DNA of 64,000 bases from Clostridia bacterium. Lineage in GTDB: Bacteria; Bacillota; Clostridia; Oscillospirales; Acutalibacteraceae. The translations under genes and the position numbers were made by a program. The DNA lies in contig JAGASD010000048.1 of NCBI GenBank assembly GCA_017621885.1, positions 7,013 to 71,012 of the forward strand, in the 5' to 3' direction. The notes below the pieces were generated by a model, which worked only from the letters and a program-made list of their open reading frames with translations, searched no databases and had not been told where the DNA came from. Positions 18,737-27,418 of this stretch are shown one piece after another (the stretch's first letter is position 1; every line of letters starts with the position of its first letter).

Positions 18737-19891
18737 GTGATTTCAATGAAAAAATTAGATGATTCATTATTAAAACTGAACATTGAAAAAGCCGCCCGAG
18801 ATGACTTTGATAATAATAAGGTTTTTGGCTCGGCCTATTGTGTTATTCAGGATGGCAAAGTGATTTACAAAAAATGCTTTGGAAACACGTCTGTAGATAG
18901 TTCTGAAGCAGTTACAGGAAGCACAATATTCCGTCTGGCTTCTATGACAAAGCCTGTTACTGCAATGGCAGCCCTTATTCTTGTGGATAGGGGTTTGCTT
19001 TCTTTGTCTGATAAAGTGTCGGAATATTTGCCGGAGTTCAGGGATGTTCGTATAACTAAAATCACAGAATCAAAGAGCCTGATTGATTTGGGTAAAGCGC
19101 AGAATGATATTACCGTTTGCAATTTGCTGACGCATACTTCCGGAATCGGCAGTGACCCGTTGAAGGAAGAAACAATGACCGATAAGGATAAAAAAAGCAT
19201 CACTGATAGTGTGAATTTTTATTCCCGGATAGGTTTGGATTTTGAACCGGGAACAAAACAACAGTATAGTGGCGTTGGTGCTTTTAATGTGTTAGCAAAG
19301 ATTATTGAAACAGTAGCAGGGGATAATTATCAGTGTTTCTTGCAGAAAGAAATTTTTGAACCCTGCGGTATGTTGAATACAACCTTTGTTCCGGACAAAG
19401 AGCAGTGGCGCTCAATGATAGCAATGCACAATAAGGTTGACGAAAAAAACAGCGTAGTGGAAACAGAAGAAGATAAGATTTTCGCTGATTATCCTTGCAC
19501 GAATTATTTGGGTGGAGCAGGATTGGTGTCAACTCTTGATGATTACATTAAATTTGCAACAATGCTTTTAAATAATGGCAAAACATCAGCCAAACGAATT
19601 ATAAGTGAAAAAACATTCAAATTATTACATACTCCTTTTGTTTCCGAAGAAATAATGCCCGGTAGTGAACGATGGGGGCTCGGAGTCAGAGTGATAGTAA
19701 ACGAAGATTATAAAAATTTACCTGTGGGAGCTTTTGGCTGGAGTGGCGCTTTCGGAACGCATTTTTGGGTTGATCCGACCAATAAAATTGCCGCGGTATT
19801 TATGAAAAACTCGCTGTTTGACGGTGGTGCAGGAAACGAATCTGCACGTAATTTTGAAAAAGCTGTTAATGATTCGTTAGTAATAGCGTGA
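18737..19891 (+). CDS. Serine hydrolase, beta-lactamase/PBP4*-fold (class C-like)
   Basis: S-x-x-K motif in LASMTKPVTA. Start is more likely ATG 18746. Confidence 0.75.
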   Translation: MISMKKLDDSLLKLNIEKAARDDFDNNKVFGSAYCVIQDGKVIYKKCFGNTSVDSSEAVTGSTIFRLASMTKPVTAMAALILVDRGLLSLSDKVSEYLPEFRDVRITKITESKSLIDLGKAQNDITVCNLLTHTSGIGSDPLKEETMTDKDKKSITDSVNFYSRIGLDFEPGTKQQYSGVGAFNVLAKIIETVAGDNYQCFLQKEIFEPCGMLNTTFVPDKEQWRSMIAMHNKVDEKNSVVETEEDKIFADYPCTNYLGGAGLVSTLDDYIKFATMLLNNGKTSAKRIISEKTFKLLHTPFVSEEIMPGSERWGLGVRVIVNEDYKNLPVGAFGWSGAFGTHFWVDPTNKIAAVFMKNSLFDGGAGNESARNFEKAVNDSLVIA

Positions 19892-19932
19892 GTTGTGATA
19901 ATCTATAAAAATATGATTTGGAAAATAAAGAA

Positions 19933-19964
19933 ACGGCGTTGTGTTCGTGGGAACACAACGCCGT
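19933..19964 (-). terminator. Intrinsic terminator of the aspS-gat operon
   Basis: 14-bp stem ACGGCGTTGTGTTC/GAACACAACGCCGT with a T-rich tract on the minus strand. Confidence 0.75.
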
Positions 19965-19970
19965 AAAAAT

Positions 19971-21380
19971 TTACTTATTAAGCTCTGTTTCTAAAAGTGT
20001 TCTGATAACTGCGGGGTCGCCGTTACCTTTAAGCTCACGCATTATAAGACCAAACAAAGCCTGCATAGCCTTTGTTTTACCGCCCTTATAGTCAGCAACA
20101 ATTTTGTCATTATCAGCAATTGTTTTCTTAACTGTGTCAAGAATGAAGCCCTCATCAATTTTCTGATTAAGGTTGTTTTCTTCACAGAAAGCATCAACCT
20201 GGACGTCTTTTTCAAATACAGCTGAAAGAACTTTTTTACCTGCTGCACGGGTGATTTCACCGCTTTCAACAAGTGTAATAATTCTTGCAAGCTTATCTGC
20301 GCTGATGTCAAGTGATGTGATTTCAAGACGCTTCATAATACCCATACACTCAGTAAGAATCCATGAAGCAACTGTTTTTGCGCTGCAGCCTGAAGCAACA
20401 ACCGCATCAAATACTTCGCAAAGCTTACGGTCGGAAGCAAGTACAGCAGCTTCTTTTGCGGCAATACCCATATCCTCGTAGTATTTTGTCTTTTCGTCTG
20501 CTGTAGCAGGCATACTCTTTCTTATTTCCTCAAGCCACGCATCATCAATAACAATTGGCATAACGTTGGGGTCGGGGAAATAGCGATAATCTGCGGCAGT
20601 TTCTTTGTTACGCATGGGGAACGTACGTCTTTTTACGTCGTCCCAACGGCGTGTTTCCTGAACAAGTATTTCAGTATGACGCTCAATAGCGTCAACGTGG
20701 CGAACCTTTTCAAATTCGATTGTGTCTTTAATATCAGAAAGTGAACTCATATTCTTGATTTCTGAACGAACACCGAATTCTGTGGAGCCTTCAGGACGTA
20801 CTGAAATGTTAACGTCGCAACGCATAGCGCCTTCTTCACATTCGGAAATACCAGCAAACTGAAGGCTTGATTTAAGCTTTTTAAGGTAAGCAATAACCTC
20901 ATCTGAAGAACGGAAATCAGGCTTTGTAACAATTTCAATAAGGGGAACGCTTGTGCGGTTGTAGTCAACAAATGATGTATTCGTTGCTTCGTCATGAACA
21001 AGCTTACCTGCGTCTTCTTCAAGGTGAATCTGCTTGATACCGATTTTTCTTCCGTTAATATCAACGCTGCCTTCAACGCAGATGGGGTTAAACCACTGTG
21101 TTGTTTGGTATGATGCGGGAAGGTCGGGGTAGTAGTAGCTCTTTTTATCAAAGGTTGTATACTGATTTATTTTGCAATTAAGCATAAAGCCTGCTTTTAC
21201 CGCAAGTTCAATTGCGTGCTTGTTAGTAACGGGAAGCATACCGGGCATACCGCAGCAAGCAGGACAAACACAGTCATTGGGCTCTTTGGGGCTTGAATGA
21301 CCGCCACATGAACAGAAAAGCTTTGAATCAGTTGAAAGCTCAACGTGAGTTTCAAGACCTATAACAAGTTCGTATTTCAT
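19971..21380 (-). CDS. gatB: Asp/Glu-tRNA amidotransferase subunit B
   Basis: VIGLETHVEL, LEEDAGKL, RCDVNISVR, ETRRWD and DYRYFPDPN, plus a YqeY-like tail. ATG 21380 follows GGAGG. The track start at 21386 is TTG. Confidence 0.9.
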   Translation of the reverse strand: MKYELVIGLETHVELSTDSKLFCSCGGHSSPKEPNDCVCPACCGMPGMLPVTNKHAIELAVKAGFMLNCKINQYTTFDKKSYYYPDLPASYQTTQWFNPICVEGSVDINGRKIGIKQIHLEEDAGKLVHDEATNTSFVDYNRTSVPLIEIVTKPDFRSSDEVIAYLKKLKSSLQFAGISECEEGAMRCDVNISVRPEGSTEFGVRSEIKNMSSLSDIKDTIEFEKVRHVDAIERHTEILVQETRRWDDVKRRTFPMRNKETAADYRYFPDPNVMPIVIDDAWLEEIRKSMPATADEKTKYYEDMGIAAKEAAVLASDRKLCEVFDAVVASGCSAKTVASWILTECMGIMKRLEITSLDISADKLARIITLVESGEITRAAGKKVLSAVFEKDVQVDAFCEENNLNQKIDEGFILDTVKKTIADNDKIVADYKGGKTKAMQALFGLIMRELKGNGDPAVIRTLLETELNK

Positions 21381-21382
21381 TT

Positions 21383-22582
21383 TCAAGCCTCCTTCTTTTC
21401 TACACTGTGAGCAATGCTCAGAAGTGTGCTTTCTTTGAATGAATCCGCAATAAGCTGAACACCGCCGTTAACCATAGCAGGAAGACCTGTAATTGAAGGT
21501 ATAGCTGTGTAAAGACTTTCATCATATACCTTTTTGAAAGCATCAGAAAGGTCGTATTTTTCAAAGCTTAGCTTACTGCAAGGGGGTGTGATGATTGCAT
21601 TATAAGAAGAAAGAACTTCCTTTACTTTATCAATAATCACTCTGCGAAGACGTAAGCTTTTATCGTAGCAAGCTTCGTATTTACCTTTTGCAAGTACGTC
21701 CGAACCATAGATTATGGTTGCCTTTGTAAGGAAGCCGAAGGCTTCTGTTCTGCTCTTTACGTAAAGCTCATCAATGTTTTTGTACTGAGGTGTACGGTAG
21801 CCGTATTTAACACCGTCAAAACGTGAAAGATTGTTGGTTGTTTCTGCAGAAAGAAGAATCTGCCAAGCGGTCTGTGCCGCAAAAACAAGGTCAAGAGAAA
21901 TTCTTTCAACCGTCGCACCTTTTTCTTCAAGTGCTTTGATATATGCATCAATTTTAGCCTTTACTTCGTCAGATGCTTTGTCATAAAGCTCGTTAATAAC
22001 GCAAAGCTTCATTGAAGAAACATCTTCTGTGAGGCTGTATTCATATTTTTCATCGGGAAGGCTTGTGCCGTCTTTGTCATCGTGACCTGCGATAACCGCA
22101 AGAACATCCTTTACTGACTGAGCGTCAGCGGCAGTAACACCAATCTGTTCACCTGAACAAGCACAAGCAATAACACCGTATCTTGAAACAGTGCCGTAGG
22201 TGGGCTTGATAAAGCTTACACCCGAAACGGCTGCTGCACGGCGGGGTGCACCGTTAAGGTCAACACCGATAGCGGCTTTAACCTTGCTTTCAGAAACAAG
22301 TGTTGCGGCTGCATTCTTGATTGCGCCGTTATCTTCTGCGTCTGCAAAATATGTTGTTTCGCCTAAAAGGTCGAGACCGAATTCACCAACGTTTGTTTTA
22401 CCTGAAATTTCGTATCCCTCTTTTTCAAGTCTTTCAACAACCTCTGCGCTGAAAAGGGGAGTGAAGTTTTCGAGCATTTTTGAACCTGCGGTAGCGGGTA
22501 TATCCTTTATAAGTATTGTATCATCAACAGCAATTGTGCCGTTTTTGTTGATTTCGTTAATATAATATTTCACTTGTTTCAC
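21383..22582 (-). CDS. GatA-like amidase-fold subunit with a degenerate catalytic triad
   Basis: Collinear with GatA (IKD..AGSKMLENF, GKTN.GEF, KPTYG.VSRYG, AGHD.KD.TS, LSRFDGVKYGYR). GGSSGGS is replaced by GAIKNAA and GSDTGGSIR by GVDLNGAPR. It sits between gatC and gatB and is about 85 aa shorter than typical GatA. Start is GTG 22582 or GTG 22573. Confidence 0.8.
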   Translation of the reverse strand: MKQVKYYINEINKNGTIAVDDTILIKDIPATAGSKMLENFTPLFSAEVVERLEKEGYEISGKTNVGEFGLDLLGETTYFADAEDNGAIKNAAATLVSESKVKAAIGVDLNGAPRRAAAVSGVSFIKPTYGTVSRYGVIACACSGEQIGVTAADAQSVKDVLAVIAGHDDKDGTSLPDEKYEYSLTEDVSSMKLCVINELYDKASDEVKAKIDAYIKALEEKGATVERISLDLVFAAQTAWQILLSAETTNNLSRFDGVKYGYRTPQYKNIDELYVKSRTEAFGFLTKATIIYGSDVLAKGKYEACYDKSLRLRRVIIDKVKEVLSSYNAIITPPCSKLSFEKYDLSDAFKKVYDESLYTAIPSITGLPAMVNGGVQLIADSFKESTLLSIAHSVEKKEA

Positions 22583-22583
22583 C

Positions 22584-24692
22584 TCACTTTACAAGTCTGG
22601 GTACCTGCCAGCTGTCCTCAGTGCTCTGAGGTGCACCGGCAAGAAGGTCTTTTCTGTCAAATGCCTGATTTCTTGCATCGTCACGAAGAACGTTTGTCAT
22701 AGGCATTACATATACCGCTGCTTCAACGTTTTCTGTGTCAATCTTTGCAAGCTCGGCTTCGCATTTACCCATATCATCAAGAATTGTCTGCATAGCTTTC
22801 TTTTCGTCTGCGGTAAACTGAAGCTGGTTAACCTGTTCAAGATCGTTAAGCTTACTCTCTTTTGTCTGAACCTTTGCTTTTGCAGAGCTCGTTGTAGCGC
22901 TGAATGCTGAACCATCGCCACCCTCGGAGCCGAGAACCTCTGCACCGCCTTTACCTCTGATGCTGACATTAGCTTCGTAAAGCTGAAGCTCTGTAGCCTC
23001 ACCGGGAGCGCTGAGCATCTGATCCTGGGCTGTACCGTCAAGGGGGAATGCAATAACATCTCTGATAGTTTCGGTTTCTGCAAGAAGCATAACAATTCTG
23101 TCAACACCGGGTGCCATACCTGCGTGGGGGGGAGCACCGAACTGGAAAGCGTTGTAAAGCGCACTGAAACGCTTTTTAACCTCATCCTCTGTATAACCTG
23201 CAATTTCAAAGGCTTTTCTCATAATTTCGGGGCTGTGGTTTCTTACAGCACCAGAAGCGAGCTCAATACCGTTACATACAAGGTCGTACTGATAAGCAAG
23301 AATTTCTGTGGGGTCCATAGTCTCAAGTGCTTCAAGACCGCCCTGAGGCATTGAGAAGGGGTTGTGTGTAAAGATAATTTTATCTGTGATTTCATCTCTT
23401 TCGTACATGGGGAAATCAACAACGAAGCAGAATTCAAAGGAATCATTGTTGATTAAACCAAGCTCGTTACCGAGCCATGTGCGGATAACACCAGCGTTTT
23501 TATCAGCAATATCGGAAATAGTGTCGCAAATGAAGAAGATTGTTTCGCCCTCTTTAACGCCTGTAAGCTCAACGATTTCTTTCATCTCTTCTTCGGTCAT
23601 AACCTTTGAAATGGGATCATCTTTAAACTCGTATGTTTCAGCATTAAGAAGAGTGATATGAGCAAGACCGGCCATTTTTGCCTGTTTTGTAGCAAAGTTG
23701 AGAGATTTGTCAAAGAACCATCTTTCGTTTTTGCAGGGGGCAACAATACCGCGAACCTGTTTGTTCATAAAGGGCTTGAACTTAACTCTCTTGAACATAT
23801 CTGTAAGGTCACAGATAACAAGGGGGTTACGAAGGTCGGGCTTGTCTGAGCCGTATTTTGCCATAGCCTCTCTGTAAGGGATACATCTGAAGGGTGTTTC
23901 AGTAACCTTTTTACCGGTAAAGGTACGGAAAATGTCGCTTACAACATCTTCGCAGACTTTAAGAACCTCTTCCTGAGTAGAAAAAGCCATTTCAAAGTCA
24001 AGCTGATAGAATTCACCGGGTGAACGGTCAGCACGGGCATCTTCATCACGGAAGCAGGGGGCAATCTGATAATATTTATCAAAGCCTGAAACCATAAGAA
24101 GCTGTTTGAATTGCTGAGGTGCCTGAGGAAGAGCATAGAATTTACCGGGATGCTTACGGGAAGGAACGAGGAAATCTCGTGCGCCTTCAGGTGAAGAAGC
24201 GGTAAGAATCGGTGTCTGAATGTCAAGGAAGCCTCTTTCCTCCATAAGGCGTCTCATATGACCGATAACCTTTGAACGAAGGATAATATTATTATGCAAA
24301 GCAGGATTTCTTAAATCAAGGAATCTGTGTTTGAGTCTTAAATTTTCATTAGTGTCTTTTGCACCGATTTCAAAGGGGAGATCTCTGCTGCACACACCAA
24401 GAACAGTGAGGCTGTCTGCAATAAGCTCTACAAGACCTGTATCGATTTTGGGGTTAACTGTGCTTTCATCACGCTTTGAAACTGTGCCATGAACAGAAAT
24501 AACTGTTTCCTTGCTGATGCCTTTAAGAAGATTTTCATCGTGAACAACAACCTGAGTTACGCCTGTTTCATCACGCAAATCTACAAAAAGTACACCGCCA
24601 TGGTCACGAACAACATCAACCCAGCCGGCGAGTTCAACCTCAATACCGATGTGCATTTCTCTGATTTCGTTACAACGGTGAGTTCTGTACAT
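22584..24692 (-). CDS. aspS: Aspartate--tRNA ligase fused to a C-terminal GatC domain
   Basis: Residues 1 to about 585 form a bacterial-type AspRS with a GAD insertion (FRDEDARADR, GAPPHAGMAPGVDR). A G/S/A/K-rich linker lies at about 22851-22945. The last 88 or so residues (22587-22850) look like GatC (IDTENVEAAVYVMPMTNVLRDD...LLAGAPQSTEDSWQVPRLVK). Confidence 0.85.
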   Translation of the reverse strand: MYRTHRCNEIREMHIGIEVELAGWVDVVRDHGGVLFVDLRDETGVTQVVVHDENLLKGISKETVISVHGTVSKRDESTVNPKIDTGLVELIADSLTVLGVCSRDLPFEIGAKDTNENLRLKHRFLDLRNPALHNNIILRSKVIGHMRRLMEERGFLDIQTPILTASSPEGARDFLVPSRKHPGKFYALPQAPQQFKQLLMVSGFDKYYQIAPCFRDEDARADRSPGEFYQLDFEMAFSTQEEVLKVCEDVVSDIFRTFTGKKVTETPFRCIPYREAMAKYGSDKPDLRNPLVICDLTDMFKRVKFKPFMNKQVRGIVAPCKNERWFFDKSLNFATKQAKMAGLAHITLLNAETYEFKDDPISKVMTEEEMKEIVELTGVKEGETIFFICDTISDIADKNAGVIRTWLGNELGLINNDSFEFCFVVDFPMYERDEITDKIIFTHNPFSMPQGGLEALETMDPTEILAYQYDLVCNGIELASGAVRNHSPEIMRKAFEIAGYTEDEVKKRFSALYNAFQFGAPPHAGMAPGVDRIVMLLAETETIRDVIAFPLDGTAQDQMLSAPGEATELQLYEANVSIRGKGGAEVLGSEGGDGSAFSATTSSAKAKVQTKESKLNDLEQVNQLQFTADEKKAMQTILDDMGKCEAELAKIDTENVEAAVYVMPMTNVLRDDARNQAFDRKDLLAGAPQSTEDSWQVPRLVK

Positions 24693-24747
24693 TGTATTAT
24701 ACCTCCATATCTTAAAATATGTTATTTAACAATTATTTATATAGTAT

Positions 24748-24965
24748 GCTTTAAAAAATAAAAAATCCCGGGAATTATGCAAGATAATTCCCGGGACGAG
24801 TTTTATAACCCGCGGTGCCACCCGTATTGATACAAATGTACCCACTCTTTTATTCAAAAATAAGCATAACCTGAAGTGTTCCCGAACTTACTACTCATCT
24901 GAAGCGCGCTTTCAGCCGATGACGCACTATCTCTGACAGACTTTCTACAAAAGCCGAGTCTTCGG
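24748..24965 (-). promoter_or_regulatory. T-box leader (tRNA-sensing riboswitch) with terminator/antiterminator
   Basis: Minus strand carries AGAGA and GGCTGAAAG Stem I elements, GGGAACAC in the candidate specifier region (24876-24883), the T-box sequence GGGTGGCACCGCG (24811-24823), and the terminator TCCCGGGAATTAT-cttgc-ATAATTCCCGGGA (24766-24796) plus a T-run. Confidence 0.8.
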
Positions 24966-24970
24966 TGAAG

Positions 24971-24999
24971 ATTTTATCAAAAATGTTTTCGGTTGTCAA
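24971..24999 (-). promoter_or_regulatory. Sigma-A-like promoter of the T-box/aspS operon
   Basis: Minus strand TTGACA, 17-nt spacer, TAAAAT. Confidence 0.6.
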
Positions 25000-25093
25000 T
25001 AGAAAATAATAAAAAATAATGTATTTGTAATGTTTACTTTTTGTGAAATTTTAGTTATAATTCAAGTGAAAAATATTTAAGGGTTGTGATGTT

Positions 25094-25933
25094 GTGAGGC
25101 TTTGTGATTTGCATACCCATTCAATGTTTTCTGATGGTTCGGATACACCTGAACAGATTATAGAAAAAGCTTTAAAAATAGGTTTAAGCGCTGTTGCCTT
25201 GTGCGACCACGATTGTGTTGACGGTTTGCCTCGTTTTTTGAATGCGGCAAAAAATAAAGATATAGTTGCAGTACCCGGTGCGGAGTTTTCTGTTGATTAT
25301 AACGGCAAAGAGCTTCACCTTTTAGCATTGTTTATTCCTGAAGATGCGTTCGCTGAGTTAACAGAGCTTATGAAAAATGATACTGAGCTTAAAGAAAAAA
25401 GCAACAGACTTTTAGTTGAATCATTAATTGGTGATGGTTATGATATTGATGATTTTGAAACAATAAAAAACTCTACACCTAACGGAAAATTTAATCGTGT
25501 AGAAGTAGCCACTGCTTTAATGAAAAAGAATTATGTAAGCTCAATAAAAGAGGCTTTTGAAACACTTTTGTCTGAAGAAGCAGGGTATTATAAACCTCGT
25601 AAAAGAATAACTGTGTGGGAAATGATAGACAGAATCAAAGCTATTGGTGCCGTACCGGTTATTGCTCATCCTTTTTTGAATTTGACAGAAGACGAATTGA
25701 GCGAGTTTTTGCCTCTGGCTAAAGAACGAGGCCTTGTTGGTATGGAGTGTTATTATTCAGATTACACTTTCGAAACCACAGAAAGAGCCCTCACAATGGC
25801 TAAATTGCACGGTTTAAAATTCAGTGGCGGTAGTGATTACCACGGTGACAACAAAAAACACATCGGATTAGGAATCGGTAGAGGAAACCTTAAAATTCCA
25901 TTTGAGTGGGTTGAAGCATTGAAAAACAATTGA
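25094..25933 (+). CDS. PHP-domain metal-dependent phosphoesterase (TrpH/YciV-like)
   Basis: LCDLHTHSMFSDGS N-terminal PHP motif and a C-terminal GGSDYHG motif. Confidence 0.8.
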   Translation: MRLCDLHTHSMFSDGSDTPEQIIEKALKIGLSAVALCDHDCVDGLPRFLNAAKNKDIVAVPGAEFSVDYNGKELHLLALFIPEDAFAELTELMKNDTELKEKSNRLLVESLIGDGYDIDDFETIKNSTPNGKFNRVEVATALMKKNYVSSIKEAFETLLSEEAGYYKPRKRITVWEMIDRIKAIGAVPVIAHPFLNLTEDELSEFLPLAKERGLVGMECYYSDYTFETTERALTMAKLHGLKFSGGSDYHGDNKKHIGLGIGRGNLKIPFEWVEALKNN

Positions 25934-25991
25934 ATTAACTGATAAAAAATTCCACCGACAAACTTTTTATAGTTTCATCGGTGGTTTCGTT

Positions 25992-27218
25992 TTATTCAGG
26001 CTTTTTAATTGTAAGATTCAGACCAAGTGCCGCAACTGCGAGTATAAGTAACATAACAAATGGTGCTGTGTAGCCTTGTGATGATATATGAAGGGTGTTG
26101 CTGAAATTTGCAATAAACGCCGCAACAATAAGATTAAAGTTTGTAAGACTGTAGTTTACAGGGAAGTATTTCTGACCATAGAATGAGGCAGAGAATGCGG
26201 AGGTAACCGTCGGACATGAGCCGTAAGAAAGACCTGTAAGACATAAGCCAACAATACAAAGGGGGAGAGATTTAACCGCAACTGCAAGTAATGTTATTCC
26301 TGCCGCAACAATAGTAAGAATGTTTGTGGAAATCATTGTTTTGCGTCTGCCTAAACTGTCATAAACGGCACCTGTTATAATTCTACCAAGACCGTTGAAA
26401 ACAGAAAGCACACCAACAAGTGTAGTCGCAAGGGCAGGGGCAGCATCAACAGAGAGCATAAGGTCTCTTGCAAAGCTTATAACAGAGTTACCCACAGCGG
26501 TAACAAAAGCAAAGTAGATAAAGGCTCTCCAGAAGGTAAAGCTTTTGAGCATTTCTTTAGTGGAAAAATCACGAGCCTTAAAATTTTCCGCTTTTGCAGA
26601 TTTAGTTTTTTTAGGCTGAGGGAGCTGTGTGTTTTCATCGGGTCTTTTAAGAATAATACCCGAAAGAATAAGTACAACTGCAATTATAATACCTATTATT
26701 AAATATGCTTTGCTCCAACCGATATTTGGGTTTTCAAACATAATGCTTATGGCGTTGCCGAGAAGTAGGGTGCTGACACCGAAGCCGAGCATAAGACAGC
26801 CCGAGCAAAAGCCTTTTCTGTCGGGAAACCATGCGTTAACAGTTGAAACAATTACATTGTATGAAATACCGATACCTGTACCTGCAAGGAATGCGTAAGC
26901 AATATATAAAAGGGGAAGCGTTTCAGGTGTTAAAAGACTTGTGATAATAAAGCCTGCACCAACAAGCACACCTGCAATAATAAGCGTTATTTTCGGGCCG
27001 ATGCGTTTGCATATAAGACTGCCGAAAAATGCGCCAAGGCAGAAAAAGCACATTGTTAAGGTGAAGTTAAGAGCTAATGAAGAATCGCTCCAACCAAAAT
27101 CTTCTTTAAATGGTATTTTTAAAATTGACCAGGCGTACAACACACCCGAAAACAGCATTGAAAAAACACCAACCGCAAGATAAACCTTGCGGATTTTAAG
27201 TGCTGAATCCGTAGACAT
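25992..27218 (-). CDS. MFS transporter (oxalate/formate antiporter-like subfamily)
   Basis: 12-TM pattern. Start at ATG 27218 follows AGAGG. Confidence 0.75.
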   Translation of the reverse strand: MSTDSALKIRKVYLAVGVFSMLFSGVLYAWSILKIPFKEDFGWSDSSLALNFTLTMCFFCLGAFFGSLICKRIGPKITLIIAGVLVGAGFIITSLLTPETLPLLYIAYAFLAGTGIGISYNVIVSTVNAWFPDRKGFCSGCLMLGFGVSTLLLGNAISIMFENPNIGWSKAYLIIGIIIAVVLILSGIILKRPDENTQLPQPKKTKSAKAENFKARDFSTKEMLKSFTFWRAFIYFAFVTAVGNSVISFARDLMLSVDAAPALATTLVGVLSVFNGLGRIITGAVYDSLGRRKTMISTNILTIVAAGITLLAVAVKSLPLCIVGLCLTGLSYGSCPTVTSAFSASFYGQKYFPVNYSLTNFNLIVAAFIANFSNTLHISSQGYTAPFVMLLILAVAALGLNLTIKKPE

Positions 27219-27418
27219 TGAAAAAACCTCTTTTGTAAAGGAATATAATGCTAATGATTTTAACATTAAGCGATTAAAAAAACAAGAGGGTGTTTTTGTA
27301 TTTTAAGTTTTTTGTGTTGTTGACGGGGTATATGTAATGTGTTATATTGGTATTGGAAGATAAATAAATGAAAAAATCATAATTAAAATGATTTATGTTT
27401 GTTTTTGGAGGCTTAATT

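Noticed and set aside
22706-23209. 167-aa minus-strand ORF in an alternative frame inside aspS.
   Set aside because: It is on the same strand but out of frame with a full-length AspRS match, with no independent signals.
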